Source: Microgenomates group bacterium Gr01-1014_5 (GTDB taxonomy: Bacteria; Patescibacteriota; Microgenomatia; UBA8517; UBA10165). From it: a stretch of 64,000 nt of DNA. The position numbers were made by a program, and so were the translations under genes. The notes beneath the pieces are model-generated. The model had not been told where the DNA came from and searched no databases. It worked only from the letters and a program-made list of their open reading frames with translations. The DNA lies in the NCBI GenBank assembly GCA_007376395.1, contig VMGE01000002.1, forward strand, positions 13,118-77,117. Reading direction: 5' to 3'. Each line of letters opens with the position of its first letter. The first letter of the stretch is position 1. Positions 10,475 to 18,960 of the stretch are shown piece after piece.

Positions 10475-11127
10475 TATTTAATATGGGACAATTGGTCGCC
10501 AAGATGCCGATATTTACACCAGGAACAGTTTTCGCCTTCTTCCGGCGCTGGTCCTTCTAATAGAGTGTTCACCTCTATCACAAACTTCATGAACGCCTCG
10601 CGGTCTATCGGTACTTCTAACCATGTAGGCGGAAACGTAATAGAAGTACTTCCGCCGGTAAATGAAACAGCATCAGGATAAAAGATAAGTAATCCTGCCC
10701 TCGCTATTTTTTTAGACTCGCCTTCATCTGGATGTTCAAACGCATAAGCGTAGGTCCACAACTGAGATTGGTACTTAGAAATTTTTTCCTCGTTTGGCGC
10801 GCTGAGTTTAAGATCGATGATCATATATGTTCCGTCGGACAGGCGCACAAGAAGATCGTATTTACCTTTAACGTACACATTTGTACCCGGAATTAATTTT
10901 GATCCAACAATCTTTTCTTGACTTTCTACAATCCCAGCTGGTAATGCTGGTGAAAGCTCGCGCAGGTCTTTACCAACCATGTTGCCCTGAATCCTGGTAT
11001 TTATTGCCGTGAAGACAGAAGGGAAGATTCCTTTCGGGCGATCGATTCCGTGCTTAATTTTCAGCCAATAGCAAAGCTTGCATTCTTCGTAAAGGTAGGC
11101 AAAGTCTGAAGGTGATAATTTTAGCAC
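10474..11127 (-). CDS. PD-(D/E)XK nuclease (Cas4/RecB-like, Cys-containing)
   Basis: LSPS, GKYD, IIDLK, QLWTY, C-terminal CSWC. Probable leaderless GTG start at 11127. Confidence 0.8.
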   Translation of the reverse strand: MLKLSPSDFAYLYEECKLCYWLKIKHGIDRPKGIFPSVFTAINTRIQGNMVGKDLRELSPALPAGIVESQEKIVGSKLIPGTNVYVKGKYDLLVRLSDGTYMIIDLKLSAPNEEKISKYQSQLWTYAYAFEHPDEGESKKIARAGLLIFYPDAVSFTGGSTSITFPPTWLEVPIDREAFMKFVIEVNTLLEGPAPEEGENCSWCKYRHLGDQLSHIK

Positions 11128-11175
11128 TAATCGCATTATACCAGGCTTAAGAAGATAGACTTAAAAAGAGTCAAG

Positions 11176-11568
11176 TTAAATTTGAAGTTTTAACTCAATC
11201 TCTTCTTTTAATAAATCAAACTTCACTACAAACTTATCAAAAAATCCATATTGCCCAACTACACCATAAGAATAATCAGGCATTCTGGGAAAGAATCCCA
11301 CTTCAACCTCATGATCCCAACCTCCGATACTAATACTAACTTTATGCAAGTAATATTTCTCAGGAGATCCTGTAATTCCACTTACCTCTCTGGGAATACC
11401 GCTTTCCACATTTAATCCAAGTGCGGTTCCGATATCGGAATGAAAAATACACAAGTCAGCACCAGAATCCACTAACACGGAATATCTCACGCAAGATTCT
11501 CTTGTTGCTACTTCTATCGGGATAACCGGGCGAAGAATTTTTCCAAACTTTTTATATTTAAACTTCAT
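11176..11568 (-). CDS. Retropepsin-like aspartyl protease
   Basis: RPVIP, LVDSGAD, GVVGQ..FF. Confidence 0.8.
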   Translation of the reverse strand: MKFKYKKFGKILRPVIPIEVATRESCVRYSVLVDSGADLCIFHSDIGTALGLNVESGIPREVSGITGSPEKYYLHKVSISIGGWDHEVEVGFFPRMPDYSYGVVGQYGFFDKFVVKFDLLKEEIELKLQI

Positions 11569-11765
11569 ACATTCGAACCTACATAAGGAAGTAGGCGGCT
11601 TGGCATCTTGGTAAGTATCGGCATGGAAAAGCCTTTACTTTTAGCCTTATCCCAAGCAGATTTAGCAGTCTTACCAGACGAGATTACAGTTTTCTCATCA
11701 TCTTTTAAGGCTACCCACAAACCCTTGTATTTTCTATAAATATTTGTCCAGTCTATTGCTGCCAT
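11565..11765 (-). CDS. DUF5678-like small protein
   Basis: YKGLWVAL...VISSGKT; stop/start overlap with the aspartyl protease gene. Confidence 0.7.
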   Translation of the reverse strand: MAAIDWTNIYRKYKGLWVALKDDEKTVISSGKTAKSAWDKAKSKGFSMPILTKMPSRLLPYVGSNV

Positions 11766-11808
11766 GTCTTGAGTATATCACAGACCCTAATTTGAAAAGT
11801 GATTAGCC

Positions 11809-11892
11809 TTAAAAGGAGTCAATTTTCAGCCAATAGCAAAGCTTGCACTCTTCATAAAGGTAGGCGAAATCCGAAGGTGACAACTTAAACAC
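11809..11892 (-). pseudogene. Truncated second 5' end of the PD-(D/E)XK gene (MFKLSPSDFAYLYEECKLCYWLKIDSF*)
   Basis: 11821-11892 matches 11056-11127 at 63/72 nt, mostly synonymous differences; has its own TAGAAT -10 and GTG. Confidence 0.85.
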
Positions 11893-11917
11893 AAGAGTAT
11901 TCTACACCTTCGGATGA

Positions 11918-11965
11918 AGTCCTGAGTAGCTTGCCCTGAGCTCGTCGAAGGGAAACCGAAGGGCA
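11918..11965. repeat. Nested CCTGAG-N-CGAAGG palindromic repeats
   Basis: gtcctgagtag[cttgccctgagctcgtcgaagg]gaaaccgaaggg; same family at 3409, 53099 and 58222. Confidence 0.7.
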
Positions 11966-12010
11966 AAGTCGGAAAGGGAAAGTTTGTATATATTTATATT
12001 CTATATTTAA

Positions 12011-12337
12011 TCAGCAGTCTCTATAAAGTTTAATAAACCCTTTAACAGGCTGGGCCGCAGTTTCATTGTTTATATTTCTATCTGCACAATATGATGTTTT
12101 AAACCAATCAATTAACTTCTTTTTTCCTCTGCTCGAGTTACAACTAAAGCAACACATTGCAACAGTGTTATGATTATTCCAAGGAGGTAGATAATTCATA
12201 TGCTCAATAGTAGCCCAATCATTTCGTAAACCACCAGACCTGGGATCTTCCATTACTTTATGGCAATATACACAAAGTTTATCTCTTTCTTTAATTTTAA
12301 CTAGTTCTATTTCAGAAATACCATATTTATTTGACAT
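12011..12337 (-). CDS. HNH endonuclease
   Basis: CVYC...ATIEH...N..MCCFSCNSSRG. Confidence 0.8.
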   Translation of the reverse strand: MSNKYGISEIELVKIKERDKLCVYCHKVMEDPRSGGLRNDWATIEHMNYLPPWNNHNTVAMCCFSCNSSRGKKKLIDWFKTSYCADRNINNETAAQPVKGFIKLYRDC

Positions 12338-12395
12338 TAATTATCCATTTCTCCTTTCATAGATTTATCTAAAACAGAATCAAAAATTCTAACTA

Positions 12396-13256
12396 TCATT
12401 TACATTCAATTAACAATCTATCTAAAAATTTCTCACTAAATTTCTTTAGAATATACTTTTCAGATAAAATACATGCATAATTTTCTAGCTCTTTTATATC
12501 TTCTTCTGTAAATTGATCGACCCCAGATCCGTGAACAACCTTGCTTCTTTTTTGGTAATATCCTTTAAATATATTTACGAAAGATGTGTCTTTTCCTAAA
12601 AATTTTGTCATTCTCATCCTGAATTTATAACTTATTTCTGAGCCACCTTCTGGCACAATTATACTTTCTAGAATCGCAACAAACAACGCCCCTGTAATAT
12701 CTAATTTATCTGAAGACGTAGCACTATTAAGCAACACTGCAATCAGATCTATTTTTTTATCTGTGGAGTTGATTGTTTTATCAAATATTTTCTTTGCCTT
12801 ATTAATATCACCATTTTTCAAATCACTTAATTTTCTTCGGGTTCTAAATAATACGTTTGGATATGTTTTTGCAATGCCCTTACCCTTATTAAAAAATCCC
12901 TCTAAAAAGCTGATCTCTACTGCACAACCCAAGACTAACTTAAAAACAAAGTCTAAATTCTCTTGTAAATCTCTCAATTCATGAGGACTTTTTATGTAAT
13001 TTGATTGTATTACTATTTTGTACCCTGCTCCTAAATAATGCTGTTGATTAATATCAATAAAGGAGTAAGAATTATTTTTATAATTTATAGCTCCATCATT
13101 AATTATCAATTCGGCCAAACCAAAAAACTTTTTTCTTTCACTTATGGTAAAAGTATCTAAGATAATGGTTAGCTTTGAATTACTGAAAAAGGTTAAGGGT
13201 AACTTAACATCTTCTGCTATATTCTTAATTAAAATAGGAGCTGTAATCTTAATCAT
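12396..13256 (-). CDS. HEPN (ApeA/MAE_28990-like) domain protein
   Basis: C-terminal LESI...ISYKF...YQKRSKVVHG (RxxxxH). Confidence 0.7.
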   Translation of the reverse strand: MIKITAPILIKNIAEDVKLPLTFFSNSKLTIILDTFTISERKKFFGLAELIINDGAINYKNNSYSFIDINQQHYLGAGYKIVIQSNYIKSPHELRDLQENLDFVFKLVLGCAVEISFLEGFFNKGKGIAKTYPNVLFRTRRKLSDLKNGDINKAKKIFDKTINSTDKKIDLIAVLLNSATSSDKLDITGALFVAILESIIVPEGGSEISYKFRMRMTKFLGKDTSFVNIFKGYYQKRSKVVHGSGVDQFTEEDIKELENYACILSEKYILKKFSEKFLDRLLIECK

Positions 13257-13259
13257 ATT

Positions 13260-13901
13260 CTACGATTCCTCTACCTTTTCGATTTTGAATTGTTCAAGAG
13301 TACTTTTATTTAAAATAATGAATACTCCTCCTATTTTATCCATCTCTGCAGATTGCATACGCACTACTACTATAAATTTATCATCTTCAATCTTCCATCC
13401 AGGTACTTCAAAATCTTTATTTTGATATATGTAACTTTCATTACTAAACGGAAAACAATATTTATTGTCCTTCTTTCTAACAGCCACAGAAATTGTGTTC
13501 TCTTCACCTGGTACAAGAACTTCCCGAGGATGTGTAAGTGCTAGTCCAAAATCTACATCCTGATAATCGGGAGTTAACGGCTCTCTACTATTATTCCAAC
13601 GAGCTATTACTGTATTCATCAATGCTCTAGAAGAATAATCTGAAAATAAAAGGTAAACTCTAACTTGAGTTGCAGGTCTATTTAAGAATTGTAGAATTCC
13701 ATACCTTTTTTTATTAAGTATTTTTAGATTCAAAGATTTAAAAACTCCTTGTGAAAGAGATAAATTTGAAGGTTCAGACACTTGAATTTCAATATCAGGT
13801 TTAATAGATTTATCAAATAGATAGAGCCCAAATGCCAATACAAAACCTAGTAAAGAGGATGCCAAATCAACGGGTATTTTAAGTGTAAATATTTCAGTCA
13901 T
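13260..13901 (-). CDS. Hypothetical protein with N-terminal TM helix
   Basis: 213-aa AT-rich ORF with a hydrophobic N-terminus, coupled to the HEPN gene. Confidence 0.65.
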   Translation of the reverse strand: MTEIFTLKIPVDLASSLLGFVLAFGLYLFDKSIKPDIEIQVSEPSNLSLSQGVFKSLNLKILNKKRYGILQFLNRPATQVRVYLLFSDYSSRALMNTVIARWNNSREPLTPDYQDVDFGLALTHPREVLVPGEENTISVAVRKKDNKYCFPFSNESYIYQNKDFEVPGWKIEDDKFIVVVRMQSAEMDKIGGVFIILNKSTLEQFKIEKVEES

Positions 13902-13955
13902 TTTGCACCCTCCACAATTGCAATTTCCTCCGGCATTAGACCGTAGAGTTATAAA
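13898..13955 (-). pseudogene. C-terminal remnant of a type IIG (Eco57I-like) R-M enzyme
   Basis: Reads LYGLMPEEIAIVEGAK*, matching the typical LYGLTxEEIxIVE terminus; TGA overlaps the next ATG. Confidence 0.65.
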
Positions 13956-13972
13956 TTAGTTATCGGCTCTTT

Positions 13973-14110
13973 TTATCTCCTGTGTTTTTTGCCGTGTTTT
14001 TGGCTCAAATCACTTGCCGCAACTCTTTTAACTATCTTGCTTTTGCTCTTTTTTAATAGTCTGGCAGCTGAACTCGCTGCTTTTTTACCTGTTGTCTTTG
14101 GATGTGCCAT
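13973..14110 (-). CDS. 45-aa small basic protein
   Basis: MAHPKTTGKKAASSAARLLKKSKSKIVKRVAASDLSQKHGKKHRR with a GGAGGTG RBS; not in the ORF track. Confidence 0.7.
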   Translation of the reverse strand: MAHPKTTGKKAASSAARLLKKSKSKIVKRVAASDLSQKHGKKHRR

Positions 14111-14271
14111 AAATTTTCACCTCCCTGGTAACCAGTTTCGGTATAAGTTTGGTTTTCGCCATTATCTCACGAAATGCGTTGCAGTCAACTGTTAACTTGT
14201 ATATTAAAGTGAAGCTTATTTGAGGCTATCTTAAAATCTTATGGGCAACGAGCGTGGGGTTTATTAAAAAA

Positions 14272-15033
14272 CTAAACAATTTTGAATCTACCTGAGTTAA
14301 CGAATTTAATACTGTTATAATCGTTTGTATCAGTAAATTCAAACTGCCAAATTGAGTATATGTCAGTTTGGGATTTATCAAAAAATAAAGTAATAACTTT
14401 TTTATTAGTATGTTCCTGCCATTGTCTGAATGGGTAATATAACTGTCTTATAATCACATTAGAGGAATTAGTAGTTTTGGCCTCAATTAAGACAACTTGC
14501 TCTTTACCTTCATATCCAGCGTCAACTTCCGTTTGAACACTTTCAACCTTAATTATTTGATCGTTAATGGTAAATTCGAACTGGGGTGTATATTTTCTTC
14601 CTCGAATTGTGAGCACAAGAGTAGGATCTCCAACAAATGATCGAACCAAACTTGCGGCATATGCATAATCAAGATGTTGCATCTCTGAATCTCCAATTGA
14701 CGACGTGTCTAATGGGAATTGTAACTTTGAAGTATACATGGTTACGTCACTATTAATTTTTGGAATGTCTATATATCCTTCTCCTCTAATAATATTATAA
14801 ATTCCATTTTTTACTGGTAATAAAAATAGATTATTTTCTTTAAAAATTTCTGGCCTTTGTTCCCTTGTATCTTGTTTGCATAAAATTCGAACTTCCTTCT
14901 GGGTAGTTGTTCTAAAATCCTGACAGGATACTTTAATTTGAGAAGCAGTAATTACAAAAGGAGATTTATCAAAATCGTGATGTGGTATGTTGTAGTCATT
15001 GAAAATTTTTTTCCAAGAGTTACTATTTGCCAT
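14272..15033 (-). CDS. Putative type II restriction endonuclease
   Basis: EVDAGYEG...VLIEAK...IRQLYYP PD-(D/E)XK core next to a methyltransferase. Confidence 0.7.
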   Translation of the reverse strand: MANSNSWKKIFNDYNIPHHDFDKSPFVITASQIKVSCQDFRTTTQKEVRILCKQDTREQRPEIFKENNLFLLPVKNGIYNIIRGEGYIDIPKINSDVTMYTSKLQFPLDTSSIGDSEMQHLDYAYAASLVRSFVGDPTLVLTIRGRKYTPQFEFTINDQIIKVESVQTEVDAGYEGKEQVVLIEAKTTNSSNVIIRQLYYPFRQWQEHTNKKVITLFFDKSQTDIYSIWQFEFTDTNDYNSIKFVNSGRFKIV

Positions 15034-15047
15034 AAGTTTTTAGTTTA

Positions 15048-15890
15048 CTAGTTGTTCGCAAATGATAATTGCTTTCTTTCTAAGTTTCTATTCAACTCCT
15101 CAAATCTTTTAACAGACAAGTCTAAATATAGCGCTTCTGTGTCAATACCAACAAATCTTCTTCCATATAAATATGCAGCAAGACCAGTTGTAGAGCTACC
15201 GGTAAAAGGGTCGAGGATTAAGTCTCCTTTTCTTGTACTTGCCAAGACAATTCGTTTAAGCAAATCAAAAGATTTTTGAGTCGGATGTTTGCCGAACTTT
15301 TTTTCAACAGGTTTTGGTGTACCAATTGACCAGACAGACCTCATTTGAAGATCGGGCTTTTTTAAAGAGTCTTCTGGCCAATTTCCATTTTTCATTAATT
15401 CATAATTAAAAGTGTGTTTACCTTTTTTGTCTTTCCTAGCCCAAATTAAAGTTTCGTGACTTGCGGTGAAAAAACGACAGCTTAAATTGGGAGATGCATT
15501 TGGCTTAAACCAAGATATGTCATTAAGTATATGATATCCAAGAGATTGAATCGCGTGGCCGCACTGATAAATTGAATGGTATGTTCCGCTCACCCAAATA
15601 GTTCCGTTAGGTTTTAGAACTCTTTTACATGCCTCAAGCCATTTGTGATGGAATTCATAATCATCTTTAAATCCCTTGCTTTTGTCCCAGTCACCTTTAT
15701 TCACACTTACCATTCTCCCTGCATGAACTGTAAAACCTCCATTAGATAAGTTGTATGGGGGGTCAGCAAAAATCATATCAAATGTCCCTTCGTCAAAATC
15801 TTTGAGTAGTTCTAGAGAATTATGATTATAAAGCCGAAAGTTTGGTTTATTGTAGTAAGGTTCGGGGATAGATCGGGTTTTATTTGGCAT
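15048..15890 (-). CDS. N6A/N4C DNA methyltransferase, beta class (DpnA-like)
   Basis: FADPPY, HPTQK, LDPFTGSSTT. Confidence 0.92.
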   Translation of the reverse strand: MPNKTRSIPEPYYNKPNFRLYNHNSLELLKDFDEGTFDMIFADPPYNLSNGGFTVHAGRMVSVNKGDWDKSKGFKDDYEFHHKWLEACKRVLKPNGTIWVSGTYHSIYQCGHAIQSLGYHILNDISWFKPNASPNLSCRFFTASHETLIWARKDKKGKHTFNYELMKNGNWPEDSLKKPDLQMRSVWSIGTPKPVEKKFGKHPTQKSFDLLKRIVLASTRKGDLILDPFTGSSTTGLAAYLYGRRFVGIDTEALYLDLSVKRFEELNRNLERKQLSFANN

Positions 15891-16062
15891 ACTCCATTTT
15901 TATAGAATTTGTCCTAGAAGTCAAGGCCTATTTCTTCCAATCCTCAACGATAATCATTTCCCCGCCTGTAGTAGGCGAGGTGACATTCTTTTTAATTAAT
16001 CTTTTTACCATTGTCAAGAGGATCTTAACTAGTCAATCTGTGCCCCAGATTTCGGGTTTTAT

Positions 16063-16091
16063 TTGTATCTTAATGAAAAATGTGGTAGTAT
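16063..16091 (+). promoter_or_regulatory. Sigma70 promoter pointing at the 3' end of the DUF3800 gene
   Basis: TTGTAT (16063-68), 17 nt, TAGTAT (16086-91), with an extended -10 TG. Confidence 0.55.
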
Positions 16092-16096
16092 AAGGT

Positions 16097-16163
16097 TGCG
16101 AGTAATTCCTCATGTGTGGGGTTCCGGATGGTTCCTCTTCAATAGCACATGAGGTTTTGCGTT
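16097..16163 (+). ncRNA. Candidate DUF3800-associated small structured RNA
   Basis: Perfect 9-bp stem CCTCATGTG/CACATGAGG around a 29-nt loop containing GGTTCC twice, followed by TTTT; predicted promoter upstream. Confidence 0.55.
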
Positions 16164-16801
16164 TAAGGAAACAGCGCGTTCTCTTCAACGATCTTAGATT
16201 TAATTAAATTATAGTAAAAATCATCTTCCCACTCGTATTTTCTAAATATTGACCAGCTTACAAAATCTACTGCTTGTAAAGATTTTTCTTGGCTGGGAGT
16301 AGCAATATTAACCTTAATTTTAGCTTTGTGCCTGCTACTAATTTGTCTCTCTAGATACTCTCGAAAGTTTTCATTTAGAAACTTGTTTGTCTCTCTTTTT
16401 GCAGCTACAACGGAGATATTTTCCGTCGAATTTACTAAACGCTTGGTCATTATTCTATCTAGTAATATATTAGTCACATAATTGTAAAGGATATGTTTTT
16501 CTTCTCTCAGATGAGAGTAGACTTTAGCTTTGTTGAGGTATATATACATTATTGAGCAATCTTTATTTCTCAATAATTTAAGAAGTCTTGATCGAGTAGT
16601 TGGTCTTTCTTTGTAAGCATGAAGTGTCCCGCCACTCACTCTTTTAACTTTCTTTCTTAAAGTTGCATGTACTTGCTTCACAACTTTCTCTATTGGAGTT
16701 TTTGTGGGAGCAGAGAGGATTGTCACAATAAAGTATTTAGAATTTTTCTTTTTTGAATTAAAACCTAAATCTCCCGATTCGTCAAGGAAAATAAAAGCCA
16801 T
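16163..16801 (-). CDS. DUF3800 domain protein
   Basis: N-terminal FLDESGDLG and C-terminal LQAVDFVS. Confidence 0.85.
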   Translation of the reverse strand: MAFIFLDESGDLGFNSKKKNSKYFIVTILSAPTKTPIEKVVKQVHATLRKKVKRVSGGTLHAYKERPTTRSRLLKLLRNKDCSIMYIYLNKAKVYSHLREEKHILYNYVTNILLDRIMTKRLVNSTENISVVAAKRETNKFLNENFREYLERQISSRHKAKIKVNIATPSQEKSLQAVDFVSWSIFRKYEWEDDFYYNLIKSKIVEENALFP

Positions 16802-16809
16802 AAGTTAAA

Positions 16810-18114
16810 TTATAGTTTCTGCTGCAAATCAACTATATTTTTTGCTCCGTTTAAAAAGATGTCATCTATGTTTAGAGCGTTATTAATCGCCCGGGAAAAC
16901 CAGTTTTCCTGCTCGAGCCTGTCGAGCTGTTCAACGAAATTACCGGCATCAATAGCCTTGGCAATACCAAGCCTCGTAAATATATCAAAGATTTTTTCCT
17001 CCCACTCGCCCCAAGGGGAAAGAGTTAATAAAAAACACCCTGCGGCGACAGCATCATAGGCCATGTCCCCAGAAGGCTTTGTAATAAACCCGTCTGCCCA
17101 GCCGAAAGCACTATCGATTAATTTTTGATTGGCGGCAATTATGCTTTTGTCATAAATAATACGCAGGGGCATTTTGGAGTTTTCGCCCCCTATGGGCAAA
17201 CTGTTTTTTGCCCCCAACTCGTAAAACATTTTGTAAAAATCAAGATGCGTACTGGCGTAAAGCAATATCTCCATTTTCCTCTCGGTTAAAACCGGAAGTA
17301 AGCTTTCTAGGGCTTGTTTTATTTCCCCGTAATTTGTTCCAAGTCCGCTTGTGGTAATAGCCAGTCTTAAACCCCGTTTTTTGTAACCATCTGCATTTTT
17401 ACCTTTTCTCTTTTCTATTATTCTTGGATCGACCGGCGGACCTGTAACAACAACTCTGTCATTTGAAACTTCTTTTTTAAGTTCTATTGCTAAATCTAAA
17501 AATTGTTTTTTTGTATGCTCGTCAAACACGGCAAATGATATATTTTTCCTCTCTGCCTGCAGTAAATATTGAGGCCTAACATGTGGATCGGTAACAACTT
17601 GCAGCACTTTTTTATTATTTTTAGCCAGAATGTTTCCAGCCTCGTAATGTAAAGAAATAATCGGATTGACCGCCCGTGCTGTTACATATCCCAAAGGTTC
17701 TTCTATGTGTTTTGTTAAGGGAGACTTGCTTCTTATAAACGAGTCCAAGATGTCTTTTGCCTTTTTTAAGATAGGATTCCTGGCGATCAATTGCCCCACA
17801 TATTCAATCTTCTCAAGACTTGCCCACCCTTCTGATCCTATATAATTGACCGGATCTACAAGCCAACAAGACAAACCAGACTCCTTGGCTTGTTCGTAAA
17901 CAGCTATAGCCATAGAAAAATGTGCTCTTGAAAATGCTAATTCCCCTTTTTCTCGCGTATGTTCTCCTAAGCTTTTAGCAATATCTGAACGAAAACTGGC
18001 AGACACTGTAATTATTGGCACTTGGACATTCTCGATCTTGTGCCTGTCATCATGAATAGTTCGCGGAAGATCTAAGTCCTTTGGGGGAAGTATATGTTTG
18101 CGGTGAATAACCAT
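16810..18114 (-). CDS. GT-B glycosyltransferase-like protein (MGDG synthase/MurG-like C-terminus)
   Basis: VVTDP, VVVTGPPV, ADGFITKPSG, GEWE. Confidence 0.55.
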   Translation of the reverse strand: MVIHRKHILPPKDLDLPRTIHDDRHKIENVQVPIITVSASFRSDIAKSLGEHTREKGELAFSRAHFSMAIAVYEQAKESGLSCWLVDPVNYIGSEGWASLEKIEYVGQLIARNPILKKAKDILDSFIRSKSPLTKHIEEPLGYVTARAVNPIISLHYEAGNILAKNNKKVLQVVTDPHVRPQYLLQAERKNISFAVFDEHTKKQFLDLAIELKKEVSNDRVVVTGPPVDPRIIEKRKGKNADGYKKRGLRLAITTSGLGTNYGEIKQALESLLPVLTERKMEILLYASTHLDFYKMFYELGAKNSLPIGGENSKMPLRIIYDKSIIAANQKLIDSAFGWADGFITKPSGDMAYDAVAAGCFLLTLSPWGEWEEKIFDIFTRLGIAKAIDAGNFVEQLDRLEQENWFSRAINNALNIDDIFLNGAKNIVDLQQKL

Positions 18115-18134
18115 TACTCTTATAATATGTCCAC

Positions 18135-18482
18135 ATGACACGGAAGACAAGAAAACACAAAGAAAAATCTTCTGCCAGAAGACAAGTAGAATCTTCTATG
18201 GGCAGTTCCGAAGGAAACCACTCTGGGGTTGTCAAGAGGGAGTTTGAATTTAGCTTCACCGGGCTGACGCAACCTGCAAAACCAACTATTGAAAATAAAA
18301 AGAGCGATAATTCGTTCTACTTTTATCAATCAGCCTCGACTGCCCGCGACCTTGTCAAAACTGTTATACTAGCCACAATCATCTTCAGCCTTGAGGTGAT
18401 GATATACTTTGCCTTGTTCAAACAAGCAGGTATTGGGTACGAAATTTACAAATTAATTAATGGCCAATTTATCAATTTATAA
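18135..18482 (+). CDS. Hypothetical protein with C-terminal TM helix
   Basis: Basic N-terminus; DLVKTVILATIIFSLEVMIYF. Confidence 0.6.
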   Translation: MTRKTRKHKEKSSARRQVESSMGSSEGNHSGVVKREFEFSFTGLTQPAKPTIENKKSDNSFYFYQSASTARDLVKTVILATIIFSLEVMIYFALFKQAGIGYEIYKLINGQFINL

Positions 18483-18494
18483 TGCCTTCAAGAA

Positions 18495-18620
18495 AACCAT
18501 GGCTTTAGCCGTGGATGAATTGAAGCCATTGAAGATGGTTGGCCAAAGGCGAACATTTCAGAGAACCGCGGATTTATCCGCGGGTATCTATAATTCCTGC
18601 CTTACCCGCCTCTGGCGGGA
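18495..18620. repeat. Cluster of three short palindromes
   Basis: ccatggctttagccgtgg, ccgcggatttatccgcgg, cccgcctctggcggg. Confidence 0.6.
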
Positions 18621-18644
18621 GGAAGGAAAGGAGGTGACAGGTTA

Positions 18645-18785
18645 ATGGCTATGTACTGTGTTAAATGCCGCGCAAGCCGTGAAGGTAAGTCTCATCAAGA
18701 CGTAACGATGAAGAACGGCAAAAAAGCAACTAAAGCTGTATGTGAAGTTTGCGGCACAACCATGTTTAAGATTGGAGGAAGGTAA
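18645..18785 (+). CDS. DUF5679 zinc-ribbon protein (46 aa)
   Basis: MAMYCVKCR...MKNGKKATKAVCEVCGTTMFKIG with an AAGGAGGTG RBS; not in the ORF track. Confidence 0.85.
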   Translation: MAMYCVKCRASREGKSHQDVTMKNGKKATKAVCEVCGTTMFKIGGR

Positions 18786-18823
18786 TTCCCAATCTTAAGT
18801 ATGGATCCCGATCATATCGGGGC

Positions 18824-18854
18824 CAGAAGGATACCCATTTTGGGTTTCTTTTGG
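18824..18854 (+). terminator. Probable intrinsic terminator
   Basis: ccagaaggatacccattttgggtttcttttgg hairpin with T-rich 3' side. Confidence 0.45.
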
Positions 18855-18960
18855 TGCGAGAAACTACTGCTCTATATAAATTCCTCGAGTCCTCCTAAAA
18901 TCGCAGCACGAGCCGTGTATGAATAATACCCAAAAGGCGAGTGCTAAGATTAGGAGGATT

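Noticed and set aside
10474-11127. Cas4 of a CRISPR system
   Set aside because: It is a solo PD-(D/E)XK nuclease with no cas1, cas2 or array in the window.
18460-18645. 61-aa ORF
   Set aside because: It runs through three palindromes and the DUF5679 RBS, so it is probably non-coding.
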